Assembly (NCBI GenBank): GCA_001275005.1
Contig: JWZX01003373.1
Coordinates: forward strand, 1 to 64,000
Direction of reading: 5' to 3'
DNA from: Chrysochromulina tobinii
Taxonomy: Eukaryota
Length of the DNA: 64,000 nt
Shown here piece by piece: positions 22,429 to 34,180 of this stretch. The notes under the pieces are model-generated. The model saw nothing but the letters and a program-made list of their open reading frames with translations, did not search any database and was not told the DNA's origin. A program made the position numbers and the translations under genes. The first letter of the stretch is position 1. Every line of letters starts with the position of its first letter.

Positions 22429-22895
22429 ATGGCTTATGGTTGCAAGAGCGGAGTCCGAGTGCTCTCGGCCACTTAGCGAACACGCCCTTGAGTGCAGGTG
22501 GACGCGTCTTCCGGACACGCAGGCATATGTGGCGGACGCCCCGCCCCGTCGGAAGTACGTCGGAAGCCGTGTGCCATTGCCGCGGGGGTGACGGTACGAT
22601 GAGCCCGCGCGCCGCCCCCGCGCCCCCCGGGTCGTGACGCTGACGCTTGCCACTTGCGCCGCGATCCCGGCGGCGTTTCGACGGTTCGAACCATTTTATA
22701 ATTGTCACTCGAAGAGTATAACTTATTTACACGCGGGCCGGTCGTCGATGGCGTGTGGGACGCGTAGTCGGCGCGGTTATAGACCCGCCGCGCCGTAGCG
22801 GGCTGGTCCCGTACTCCCGCTGAAACCTGCGTGTCCCCGACGCCGCCGCCGGCCGCCGTGTCCGGGTCCGCGGTCTTAGTCCGGTCTCAGGCGCG

Positions 22896-24053
22896 TCACT
22901 TCACGAGCAACAAGCGAATATCCGACCTGATCTGCTGCAAGCGTACGCGAGGCTCAGGTGACGGAGGTACGCCATTCGCATCTACACTCACTGAGCATCT
23001 GCTTCGCCAAATGTCAAATGCTCTCGTCAGCGTACGTGCATGGACTCGCCAGCCACAGTCAGCCGTGACACGTCGAATTCGTGAGGCAGCTCGCGACGAC
23101 GTCAGCCAACATACGAACAGGCTCCGGAACTTCCGCAGTTGAGCGCACGCGATCAGCCGCGTAGTCTCCGCGCGTACGGAGTTTGTGATTCGCCACAGGA
23201 CAAAGCACGAACGCACCGCGTTGGCGGTTCGTCGTTCCTCAGCGCTCACACGCCGCATGTCCTCAAGCAGCCCTCTCCAGGTAGCGCGTCGCCATCGCTC
23301 CAGGGCGGCCGTCACTGACGCAGTGCTGCCCGATGGCCGATTCGCTTCGAAACTGGTCGTCGAAGCACCGCTGCAGGAGCAGCCACTATCATCATTCATG
23401 GAATCGACACGATCCAAATTCGGCGGGAACCCCGATTCGACGCAGATAGGATGATGAGCGAGCTGCAGTGAAGGCAGTTGCGAAGGTCGCGCAGGACTGG
23501 CGTGAGCGAAGGATGACAGCAGCTCTGAGGGCCGCGAGTACGTGGGTGGAGGCATGCTGCGCAGAATGCATGGCGCGTCCGTTCTGTTCGCCGCGTAAGC
23601 ATTGATCACGGTTCGAGCACATCGCATCGTGTTGAGCACGAACGCGTGGCCTTCTTCCAGAGCTGGTCGCGCCAAGTGCGCCGGTGGCTCGGCTCTTTGC
23701 CGCAGACGGTGCGCGCGCTTAGCCGCGGTAGCCAGCAAGCGGTTGCGATTCGCCCAGGACGCCAGGCTCCTAGCGTCAGTCACTGGCGTGGTGTGTGCGT
23801 TCCGAGCACGCGTTGTGGCAAGGCGCCAGGCATCAAAGCATAGAAAGACCGACTGCGCTGCTGATGGTTCAGCTCTTCGCCACAGACGGTGCTCGCGCTT
23901 AGCTGCAGACGCGAGCAAGTGCGTGCGCATCAACAATGGGCTCCTAGCTTGATGGCTCACTGGCGTTACTTGTAGGCATCGAGCGAGCGTTGCCACGCGA
24001 ATGAGCGATGCATCGACGGCCCTCACGACGTCGCCCCGATGATTTGGGGACAT
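22896..24053 (-). CDS. Hypothetical basic helical protein with weak Sfi1-like FxxW repeats
   Basis: About 385-aa open frame with FDAWR, LERWR, FVLWR, FVCWL and FDIWR, plus an internal duplication LLA(S/T)AAKRxHRLxxRAEP. Confidence 0.45.
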   Translation of the reverse strand: MSPNHRGDVVRAVDASLIRVATLARCLQVTPVSHQARSPLLMRTHLLASAAKREHRLWRRAEPSAAQSVFLCFDAWRLATTRARNAHTTPVTDARSLASWANRNRLLATAAKRAHRLRQRAEPPAHLARPALEEGHAFVLNTMRCARTVINAYAANRTDAPCILRSMPPPTYSRPSELLSSFAHASPARPSQLPSLQLAHHPICVESGFPPNLDRVDSMNDDSGCSCSGASTTSFEANRPSGSTASVTAALERWRRATWRGLLEDMRRVSAEERRTANAVRSCFVLWRITNSVRAETTRLIACAQLRKFRSLFVCWLTSSRAASRIRRVTADCGWRVHARTLTRAFDIWRSRCSVSVDANGVPPSPEPRVRLQQIRSDIRLLLVK

Positions 24054-24272
24054 GTCCTCTTCTCGAAAGCGGCGGATAGCAGCTAGCTGCCTAAGCGGCA
24101 AGAAGGCCTACTCCCCTATCGTCGTCCGCAGAAAGCGAGCACAAAACAACAAACCCTTCACGCGGCTGACAAGTTCCAGAGACTTCAAAGTGCGTTGCGT
24201 CCCTCTTCTCCTTTCTGCACTCCTCACCATCCTTCACAGGAGAAGCGCAACCGGAAGTGTAGGGAGACATCT

Positions 24273-27200
24273 ATGTCAGCGACGTACGCGAAGACCGCGG
24301 TCGCATCGCGCGATGTCGTCGAAGAGCAGCCGAGCGACATGTTGCGCTCCGGGGTCAGTCGCCGTGCCGTCCTCGCAGCTAACACTGTCACACGCGACTT
24401 GCATGTCTTCGGCGCCGATAATTGCCTGCGCGTCTTTAACCCCAAAGCAAGTTCCCTCTGCTGCATTCAGCTGATGCGCCCGCAGCTCCTCGACCACAGC
24501 TTCTGGCCGTGGCTTCTGAAACGGCTTGAGGCACACGGCACATCGCACAGAAACTTTTGGCAGGAACCGCAACATGTGCAGAAGGAGCTCGTTGATGAGT
24601 GCTTTGGCACGGATAATGTGCTAAACGGATACCGTGCATCACGGTCAAGCACGGGTACCGTGCTACACGCATACCGTGGCATGCCACACGAGGTCGTCGA
24701 GATAAGACTCGACGAGGCGTCGGGGCGCCTCGCACTCGTCGGCAAGAAAAGTGTCTCCATCATGGTGCCGCCGTCGCCTGATCGCATCGCTGCACTCGTC
24801 GAGACCATCGATGAGCTTGGCGGCTTGCTGGCACAACTCGGCCTCAGTGAGTACGCGAGCGCCATGCGTGAAAAGGGCTACACCAACATGCGCACTCTCC
24901 GACGCATGAATGCCGACGAGAGAAAAGAGATGGTGGCCAACGTTCGCATGAAGCCCGGGCACGAGCAAACTCTCTCGATGCACCTCGATGGAAGGCTGCC
25001 TTCCGTTGCATGCTCTGACGTCACTGACCACGCCATCAGCAGCGAACCCGTCTTGTGTTGGGCGCTGCCACTGAATCTGGCCACCCCAGCGCGTGAGCCC
25101 TCGGCGTTCCGCCAATGCCGTGGCCCCTTGGCCACCACGTCCTCAGCCATCGGAGATTCTGTCGAGGTGCGTCAAGTGGATTGGCATCCTTTGGGTGAAT
25201 GCCACCTGGGGGTGCTGCTCTCGGATGGAAGCTTTCATCTCTATGACACTATCAAAGACCTGCAGAGGCCTGAGCTGACCCTCCGGGTGCCGCCCGATCC
25301 CGACGTTGGCATCGAGGTGAGGGACCGGCAAGCTTCTCCTGCGGGCTTCTCGTTCTGCGCGGCGACCCATCGCGGCTGGTCATCGCTCAGCGTGTACTTT
25401 GCATCGGCGAGAGGCGCAATCTATGTGGCTTGCCCCGTGCTACCCAATTGTGAGCGGTCGCGCATGCATCTCCTCTCCATCCAGCCCCAACTGGAGGCGA
25501 GCCTGGACGTTGGCGCCTCGCGCGACGCTCTTTCGTGGATCCGCCAGAGGGTTCTGGCTTTGAGCAGTGTGTCACCTCAGCTCGACCTGTATCTGCAGGG
25601 CCCGCTGTCTATGAACGTCGAGGTGCGCGTGAGCAGCCCCGCAGGCACATTTCCTGACGACACACCCGCGGATGCGCGCTCAACAAGGCGTGGCGCGGCC
25701 TCGAGACGCGCTCTCGCGGTCTCTAGCCAACCGCTGGTCGGCGGGCTTACTGCTGTCTTCTTGGGCTGGACAGACAAGACTGTTTCCATCGGCATCCTCA
25801 CGGGGAACCTTCTTCCGCGATGGGCCCAAGAGGCACCACTTTCGGCGGCCACAATCGCCACGTCTCCTCGGAGCGCATCGCCGCCAGTCGGCGATGCGAG
25901 CACCGACTTGCGGCTCAAAGAACGGCCGTCGGTCGGTGGCGCGCCCGACGCTCGGCGCGCCTCTCCGCGGCGGCCATATGCATCCCAGCAGCTGCTTCCA
26001 CGCCGAGCACGGCCCGAGTCCACGCCAGAAGGTCCACGCGCTGCGGGCTCGGTGACGCCAGGTGCCCCGGCTGTGGACGTCGAGGATGTCGATCCGATGT
26101 CTGATCCCCTTGAGCTACTCCAGCTGTCCACTGCTGATCTGAATTCACCATCTGGTCCCTCAGAGCCGTTGGAATGGATGGTATTCAGTGCCGATAGCAG
26201 CGCGCCGGAGAGAACGTTCGTGCATGCTTCCGGAGGCGTCTCTCATGCTTTACATTACCCTTGGCTGCAAGATTGGGCACGCTACCTTCACGGCCTCGAA
26301 GAAGACGACCCGGCCCTCCCTTTAAGGCATCCGGATGCCCCTCCCGCGAGGTGTACTGCGCTGGCGTTGCTTGCGACTTCAGATCCAACCAAACAACGCG
26401 CTTCCGCAAGAGTGGTTGGGGTGGCACCCGTGCGTGATCCGTCGGTTGGAGACGCAGTGTTCGTGATGCAGAACGATGGCTTTTGTTCGCGAGTCCAGCT
26501 TGAACGTCTGACGCTTGGCGAGGCCGCATTCGAGTCTGGTGGGCCGCACACCGCCGATAGCAAACTGAAGGCACACATCGATGTCGCCCTCAAGCAGTCT
26601 GCACTCTCTGCACCCGAAAACGTGATCGGGGAGAAGGAGAAGTTGCCCTCGGATAGTGTGAACCTAAAGACCCTCAAGTCTGCCTCCTCTCACGGCGATA
26701 CCATAGACGCCTTCAGCAGATCTCTCCAAGAACTCGTTGGCCCCGGGAGCGATTTGGGGAATTGGGGTGCGCTGGTCGAGGAGACGAAGGCGCGCTCAGA
26801 CGCGACGGTGAAGCGTGCGGAACAGCAGCCCGAGAAAGAAAAGGAGGTTGCAAAGGAAGTCGAGACACTTAAAGAGCAACTGCGCATGTTAAGGCACAAG
26901 GCATGCATGGCGGACGCCCTTCAGCAAAACCTGGAGATGCGCAGCGACATCCTGCGCAGGGTGCTTCGCACGCCTCAGCTTTGCCCGCGTGTCGAATTAT
27001 CCGAGGAGGAGCGAGCACAACACCGCAAGCTCTCGGCCATCCGTGATCGGGTCGTCGAAGGGCAGCGAGCACTGCACAAGCTCGTGCATGAAGCAGGAGC
27101 TCTCCCCGAGGCAGCCTCCGTACACGACTTCAACACACCAGGCCACCTCGAGTCTCCCCAAATTTATCTCTTGAGAAGCTCGAATTTACCTCTGGAGAGG

Positions 27201-27512
27201 TTCGAGGAAGAAACCTTTGCCGTGTCCGATTTGCATTCGGAACTGATGCACCAGAAAGGACAACTTCGACAACTTTGCGATCAGCTCGAGGAATCGCTGA
27301 CAAACTCGCAGACTGCGATTAAGACGGTTGAGGAGGCACGAAGGCAACAGAGGGCGATGCAGAGGCCCGCGGAAGCGGCGGGAGCGGGGGGGGCGGCGGC
27401 GGCGGCGGCGGAGATACAGAGGGCGGCGGCGGCACCCGCCCCCAGCACCGCGTCAGCGTCATCTTCTACGCGGGCCTTCGTCGTCGCTTCTGGGCACGAA
27501 CAACGCCAATGA
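24273..27512 (+). CDS. NUP88: Nucleoporin Nup88/Nup82-like protein with an inserted SAM-like domain
   Basis: LALVGKKSVSI, VRQVDWHPLGECHLGVLLSDGSFHLYD, GWSSLSVYF..GAIYVACPVLP, LQGPL and a C-terminal coiled coil. Confidence 0.75.
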   Translation: MSATYAKTAVASRDVVEEQPSDMLRSGVSRRAVLAANTVTRDLHVFGADNCLRVFNPKASSLCCIQLMRPQLLDHSFWPWLLKRLEAHGTSHRNFWQEPQHVQKELVDECFGTDNVLNGYRASRSSTGTVLHAYRGMPHEVVEIRLDEASGRLALVGKKSVSIMVPPSPDRIAALVETIDELGGLLAQLGLSEYASAMREKGYTNMRTLRRMNADERKEMVANVRMKPGHEQTLSMHLDGRLPSVACSDVTDHAISSEPVLCWALPLNLATPAREPSAFRQCRGPLATTSSAIGDSVEVRQVDWHPLGECHLGVLLSDGSFHLYDTIKDLQRPELTLRVPPDPDVGIEVRDRQASPAGFSFCAATHRGWSSLSVYFASARGAIYVACPVLPNCERSRMHLLSIQPQLEASLDVGASRDALSWIRQRVLALSSVSPQLDLYLQGPLSMNVEVRVSSPAGTFPDDTPADARSTRRGAASRRALAVSSQPLVGGLTAVFLGWTDKTVSIGILTGNLLPRWAQEAPLSAATIATSPRSASPPVGDASTDLRLKERPSVGGAPDARRASPRRPYASQQLLPRRARPESTPEGPRAAGSVTPGAPAVDVEDVDPMSDPLELLQLSTADLNSPSGPSEPLEWMVFSADSSAPERTFVHASGGVSHALHYPWLQDWARYLHGLEEDDPALPLRHPDAPPARCTALALLATSDPTKQRASARVVGVAPVRDPSVGDAVFVMQNDGFCSRVQLERLTLGEAAFESGGPHTADSKLKAHIDVALKQSALSAPENVIGEKEKLPSDSVNLKTLKSASSHGDTIDAFSRSLQELVGPGSDLGNWGALVEETKARSDATVKRAEQQPEKEKEVAKEVETLKEQLRMLRHKACMADALQQNLEMRSDILRRVLRTPQLCPRVELSEEERAQHRKLSAIRDRVVEGQRALHKLVHEAGALPEAASVHDFNTPGHLESPQIYLLRSSNLPLERFEEETFAVSDLHSELMHQKGQLRQLCDQLEESLTNSQTAIKTVEEARRQQRAMQRPAEAAGAGGAAAAAAEIQRAAAAPAPSTASASSSTRAFVVASGHEQRQ

Positions 27513-27871
27513 CGCGCTCGGCGACGCATTCAACACTGTGCCGGCCAGCCTCGCCATCTCTCGAGCTCGGGCGTTCGTACCAGCGCGTGGGAGGGCAATC
27601 ACGTGCGGTGACCGGTCGGCGGGTCGGAGCGCCCGCCGCCCGACGCATGCCCCGGGGGCCGCGCCGCGCGCGGCTCAGAATATATGAAGGGACAGCATTA
27701 ATTGAATAAGTTACCGAAACTGAAACATGATCAAGCGGTTTAACGACCGGAAAACCCTTAGCAGTTTCTGTTCAGCGATACCTGTGATTTTCGATCCCGG
27801 AATCACGTCAGGAATCACGATTGAGCTTGACCCGATCGGCATCGCTTGACCTTTCTCGCTCCTTCTAAGTT

Positions 27872-30199
27872 CTAAAGATCAAGCTGCGCACTCAGCGTAG
27901 CGAGAAGATCTTTGGCAGTGCTGCCCAACGACCCGCGCGCGGGTGCAATCCGCTTCAGCCGTGGAATCAGACCAGAGAAGTGCTCGTAGGCCGCCTGGCA
28001 ACGCTGTCGCCGCGCTTCGGCATTCAGATCCACTGCCACAATTAGGAGAGATGTTGGTTAGGGTTGAGCAACCGGGCTCGGACATGCCGCTCAAGCGGTA
28101 CTCACCTCCCAGCATGTCTTGCGCAACGCCCCGCGTGTTCTTGATCAGCGGCCCGAAAGAAAGGCTCAGATGCGAGACCGCGCGCATCGCCGTCAATACG
28201 ACGTCTTCATACGTTGAGTCCAGCAAAGACATGAGCAACGGAAGGAGAACGAGCACGCATTCGAGGTCGATGCTCGCGCCTTTGATGATGCCCGCTGCCA
28301 CGACGTCGTAAGTCACGCTCGGGTCCTCAAGTTGTTGCAGTCGCTGCAGCATCTGCTCATGGCGCTCACATGCAACAACAAAGCAACTGATGAGTTGTTG
28401 GCGGGTGTGGGTGTGGGATTAGACGCGGGATGGGGCCCTGGTTTGCACCTGTTTCACTTGGCCTGCCTGCCAGAAGGTGTGGAGTGTCCTGAGCGCGTCG
28501 AGGCGTGAGTGGAGGCACGCTTCTTGCCTCTCATTGCCGTGGGTCAGCAGCCTTAGAATATCGTGGTCGTCGCCACACATATCCGCACCGCGCTTTGCCT
28601 CGGCTGGAGCTCGGTGCTGAGGCTTGCTCGGAGGCGGAGCAGTCAGCAGGCCATCTGGGTTGACCGCAGGAGCTCTCCCATCCAGGGTATCCGTCATCGA
28701 AGTGCCCACAGAGGCATGGTTGCCGGAAGCAGAGAATGCCTCCGGTGGAGGTGCTTCGGCAATCGATGCTGATGCGCACGAGGTCGGACAATGAGAAAGG
28801 TGAGAAGGTGCAGTCGCGCCTTGCCCTTGCGACGCGCGCCGCTGCGCAAGCTGTGCTCGGCACTGGGCGATTTGTTGACGAACAGCTTCGTCGGGGTTGC
28901 CCATTCCCCGACTGGCATCACGTTTCTGGGCTGGAGTGGCCGCCGGCTCAGGGGCGTCGAGGCGTTGCGTCTGCGCCGTGCGCTGGGCTGGAGGGGGGGT
29001 CGCATCGCTCTGGACTCGTCGGCCGCCCATTGGCGATGCAGCCGCGGGCCGCGGGCTGCGCACTGGCGGCTGCCTTTGTTCAGCCGGGTGGGTTGCGCTT
29101 GCGAAAGGCTGTATGGCCGTCAGGTCGATGTTCCAAACGGAAACGATGGCTTCGCGAACAGAGCCAGCGAGTAACTTCTGTTGCCCTGGCGAGGTGCAGA
29201 GGTCGGCCAGGCGACTCCAGCGCACGTCGGTTTGCTCGTAGCAGCGCACCGGCTCCCAGCCCCAGACGCGCAGCGACTCCTCCGCGCCACTGAGGAGTGC
29301 AGAGCCATCCTCGGAGAACATCACACGGCGGATTTGGCCGCTATCTGGCGGCATGCAGCACACTTGCTCGAAGCTCTCGAGGTCCCACAGCCGGAGCGTG
29401 CGATCGACCGAGGCGCTCGCCATGAGGAATTCCGTCGGGTGCATCGCAAGGCCCGATATGGGCGCAGAGTGCGGGGCGAACTCATGCACGAGCCTGCGCA
29501 GATACGAGAAGTCGGCGAGATTGTTGAGCGCAGAACGGGGGCACTCATCCGCGTGGGCATCGCGCTCACCTGCCCGCCGTGAGATCCCACAGCTTGACCA
29601 CACCATCGTCGCCGCCCGAGACGACCCAGCGCCCATCGGGAGAGAAGGCGATCTGCCGCACACCTCGGGTGTGGCCCTTGTACGTCTGAATGCACGACTT
29701 GCGCCGAATATCCCAAATCTTGAGATTCGTGTCGACTGAGCCCGAGGCAAAGAATTCGCCGTAGGGATGCCACTGCGGGGAATGCACATCCGAACACGAT
29801 CGGCAGTCATGAGGCGGTCTTGAGAGACATGAAAAGCTCTCTGAACGACCGCAAGCAGCAGGCACTGCTCGCTGTCAGAGTATATACCTGCACGCTGATG
29901 CAGTTGGAGCGGTGGCCTGTCAGCGTTCGTGCAACCTTGGCTTGCTCGAGATCCCACAGCTTGAGCGTCCCGCCGGCCGAACCGGCAATGACTGTCGATT
30001 CGTTTGAATCGAACGTCACGCATTCAACTGAACTTGTGTGCCCAGTCAGACTCAAGATCGCATTCGGCCTCCCAATCGCCCACACATTCACCTTTTTGTC
30101 CTCGCCGCCGGTCACCATCACCGCCCCGCTCTTACGTCCAAACTGGAGGCAGTTGACAGCTGAGCCATGAGCCACGAACTCCTGCAACTTTGCGGCCAT
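27872..30199 (-). CDS. KATNB1: Katanin p80 WD40 subunit B1, 5 exons
   Basis: [54 protein letters not shown], and C-terminal con80-like [16 protein letters not shown] introns at 29773-29887, 29494-29569, 28353-28448 and 28033-28105. Confidence 0.93.
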
Positions 30200-32441
30200 T
30201 TTTGACTAGCACGGCGGTGAAGCGGGAGACGGTCGGCCCCGCGGTCTCTGCTCACGCAATCTTCACACGATCTGGGTGTGAATCTAACGCGGTGAATCTG
30301 GAATCCAATTTGACACACGTGCGAATTTGCACGTCGATTGCGAGCGGGCCGTCGCTCAGAGGGCGCCCCCCTGGGGTGCGTCCGTGTCTGAGATTTGTTT
30401 TGACGTGTCTGAGGTGGCCGAGAGAATGGTTGCGGAGAGAGCAGAGACTGTGTTCGTGGAATGTCTTTTGTATGGAAGCGCGAAAAAGGAATCGACGTCG
30501 TGAGCCTTTTTCCAGCGGTCAGATGGCGCAATAATCCTTCTGAGCGGGTCTCGGACCTCGGAGCTCCCCATGAACGAAACAACTGTAATCGAAACTACTA
30601 CTCTCGGTCTCTCGCAACTGTATCGAAAATTCCCTTTAACATATTAGGCCGAACTATAACTTCACAGGACTAAAAACAAAGATTAAGCAGAAGCTCAGTG
30701 CGCTATAGCAACACAACGGCAGTGCAATAGCACATTTGTTGCCAAAGCAACAACGTACCATCGAATGTACTATTGCACTGCCGGTCCAGAGCCATCTTGC
30801 CCAAAAAGCCTTCTTGACCGCGCCTAGCAGTAGCGCCGCTTTCCCCCGCGCACCCAGCTCGTTGTGTGAGAGGTCCAGCTGCAATGCCATCCACAGCAAA
30901 CGTAAGGGTCAGTTTAGAACAGATAATGCATCTCAGGGGGTGTCAGTAATCTCTAGTGGCGGCACCCGTGTCAGGGAGCCATTAACGCGCAACGCGAGCT
31001 TGGTGTCCTTGTTATTCTGGATGGCCTTGCAGACTGCGCTTACGCCCTCATCTTCGAGGCAGTTATGGGACAAATCCAGGGCCGTCAGCCCGCCATTGAT
31101 GCGCATGGTGTCGGCGATCGCTGTGATGCCCTCTGCAGTGTGAGTTCCAAAGCCCAAATGATCTTTGCCGCACAGCTGGTTACCTGAGAGGTCCAGCTGC
31201 AAAACCATTCAAAGCAAAGGCAAGGTTTAGAGTAACAGAAAAGGCATCTCTTTGGGGGGGGGGGCAGAAAGCGAACACCTGTGTCAAGGCGCCTCTGACA
31301 AGGTCCGACGAAATGAGGATGGCGTCCCCTGGGCCTAGGCCCTGGATCGCGAAGTCGGCGGTGGACTGGTCGCGCCGGATGCCGCAGAGCGAGATGCCCT
31401 TCTGCTTCGCGACCTCAGCGAGCAACTTGGCGGACTCCACATCAAGCTGATTGCCCAGGAGGTTGGCCACCGTCAGCGCGCTGTTGACGCCAAGAGCGGC
31501 GGCGAGCTCCTTGATGCCCGTCATGTCCATGCCGTAGGTAGTGAGATGATTTGCGGACAGGTCGACGCTCGTCAGCGAGCCTTTGACAAGGTCCGACGAA
31601 ATGAGGATGGCGTCCCCTGGGCCGAGGCGTAGTTTCCGAAAGTCGGCCTCCTTCTGGTCGCGCTTGATGCCGAACAGCATGATGCCCTTCTCGGTGCCGA
31701 TCTTGGCGAGCGTTGTGGCCGACTCAGAATTGAGCCTCGTCTTGAGCGCATCGATCTTAGCGCCACGATCCAGGAGCGCCCGCGCAATCGCTTCACGCCG
31801 ATACTCGCAAGCCACCAGCAGCGCCGTCGTCCCGCGCGGGCCGACCGCGTTCACGACGTCCCCCGCGTGGTCAAGGATAGCCAAGGCCACCTCCTGAGCG
31901 CAGTCATGCCGCGGCCGTCGGCCTGGTCGATCAGCTCCGGCGTTTCGTCGAGGAGCGCTCGAAGCTCGTCGATCTGCCCAAACTGCGCAAACTGCACGTG
32001 CGGCACGACTCCGAGCATGCCTCCCACTGACGGCGCCACGACCGGGAAGGGCCACAGCCGAATCTCGCCGTCCGCGAGGCGCCGCTTACAAAAGCGCAAG
32101 GCCTCCTGCCGTAAGGCCTCCTTCCGCTCGGGCGGGCGGCCCCCAAACGAGCGCTGCAACACCCCGTCGACCTCATGCCATCGGAGCCGCCGATGCCATT
32201 GACCCACCTCGGATCTCGACGGAAAGTACCCGCCGTGTTCCTCGCGGCAGTGAGGGTGCGCGTCGCATCCGCAGGGCATAAAGCACAGCCAGCAGAACGC
32301 CACGTTGCAGCTGCTGCACTTCATTGCGATGCAACCGTCTGGATCCGGGTCGCAGAAGACCTCGCAAGATGGGCAGCTAAGGCCTCGTGGAGCTCTGGCT
32401 GTATCGACTCGGGAGTACACTGCATCTCTCCCTGGCCCGGC

Positions 32442-32500
32442 GTCTTCGCCGTCTCCGTCGATTCCGCCGTCTCCGTCGATTCCGTCGTCTCCGTTGTCTC
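32442..32500 (-). repeat. 9/18-bp coding tandem repeat (ETTETTESTETAESTETAKT)
   Basis: CGTCTCCGTCGATTCCG units on the plus strand. Confidence 0.8.
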
Positions 32501-33500
32501 GAGGTAGAGCCGCAGCGCATCTCCGAAGAGAAGGGGCTCGACCATGCTGCGGCAAAAGGAGAATGGCTGATAGTGGGCGCCGAGGCAGTCGAGGGCGCCA
32601 TTCGAGCTGCGCAACTTTGCCGAGCCAGCGAGGCTGCTGACGTACGTTTGAAGGCATGGCGCACAGATCAGGTGGCCCACGGGGCAGGCGAGCCCGCGGC
32701 GTGTGCTGACCTCCTCGAGGCAGATGAGGCACAGTGCTCGCGTGGCGGCCGCTTCAGTAAAGGCCGAAGCAGCCGTGATGAGCGCGCGAAGGCGGGACCA
32801 GCGCTTTGTCGTATGCGGCAGGTCTCCTGCAGGCGTGTGGAGGAGTCCAGCACGCTCATGCGGAGCACGTCTGCGAGCTTGGAGGCCAACTCGTGCATCG
32901 TGAGTTCGAGTGCCTCGCACTTGTGTGCCAGCTCCTGCAGCGCCATGCTCACAGCACGCGGGGCCAATGCTCCGGCGATGGCGAGATCGTAGAGGAGAAG
33001 GCCGACACCGCGCAGGTCGGCATCGCGTGCGAGCGCTTTCTCGCCCAGCGTCGCAGACCGCACGAGCAAGCTGCCACACGGTAGCAGCCACGCGCTCCCA
33101 TCATGGCGGACGCCAACGGCTGCGGGTGTCACCGCGCCGTGCGCCTCTCCTGCCCCGTGCAGAGCGCACAGGCCCACAGCGACTCCGTTGAGCACGGTGA
33201 GGAGCGTCTGCCAGGGGTGGCGTGCGAACCATGGCCCGGTAGCGTCTTCGTCCGCCAAGGTGCCAAGTTCCGGCCACCCGAAGAACAAAGCGCTCTTGGG
33301 ATCCACCGGATGGCGGGCAACCGCGCAGAGCCGTGCCATGTGCGGAAGCAACCCAAGCGAGTGCAGACGGTCGATGGAGACGTCGTCGATGCGCTCGCTC
33401 AGCACCATAGGCATCAGGGGCGCCGAGCTCGGATAGTGGAGGAGGCTGGGAAGATGCAGCACACCGCCGGACGGCGATGCTCGCAGAGCCTCCTCAGCAA

Positions 33501-33537
33501 CTCGCCACGGGACTTGCTCGCCACGGGACTTGCTCGC
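33501..33537. repeat. 16-bp tandem duplication inside the pseudogene
   Basis: CTCGCCACGGGACTTG x2 plus CTCGC. The unit length is not a multiple of 3. Confidence 0.9.
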
Positions 33538-34180
33538 AGACGATTGAGGCGCGAGGAGCCCCACTCGACTCTGGGGACGTACGCCAGGATGGATGCGCCG
33601 TCGGAGCGCGTCCGCCGCGGAGCGAGCACCTGTGGGGACCTGATGGTGGCTTCGCAAGGAGCGGGGACGGTGGTGGTGGCGGCTCTCCGGGGCAGCATGG
33701 GCACTGGAGCGCCAGGAGCAGCTCGTTTGGCGTCGGGTAGCAGCGCCGCCCTTGTATTGGGGTCGATACGCTGCTCTGAGATCGTGCCCGCGAGGCCTAC
33801 TGGCGTGGCGGCGGCCTCCTCAAACTCATCACGGATGGCCTCATCCTTGTCATCCTTGTCAGCCTTTGCGACTGCAGCGCCCGCGCCGACCATCACACCG
33901 CGCTTGTTTACGTACCAATACGCGATGTACCAGGCCAGCGTGAGCGTGAGCGCCGCCGTCATGAGAGTTCGCAGAGACGTGAAAAGGATCGTCATTTTTC
34001 TGCTGGTGAGTTTTTCGCGCCAAATATCATGTCGTAAGCACACTTCGCGGTGCGGCGGATGACGTACTTCAAGCGTCCTCTGCGTTGCGCAGCCTTTCCC
34101 AGAATCTGATCTCGGCGGCTTGGTGTGGAACTTGAACGTCTTTGACGTAAACGTGAACGTGAAGTTCAGATAAGGGACCG

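Larger units (their letters stand above)
30654..33995 (-). pseudogene. Multi-domain TM / pseudokinase / RING-RBR / ankyrin / NLRC3-like LRR gene with several frameshifts
   Basis: Collinear domains across ORFs 33414..34043, 32668..33657, 32321..33091, 31851..32732, 31180..32055, 30933..31208 and 30654..30899. At least four frame breaks and two introns (31197-31278, 30879-30965). The 3' end is uncertain. Confidence 0.7.
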
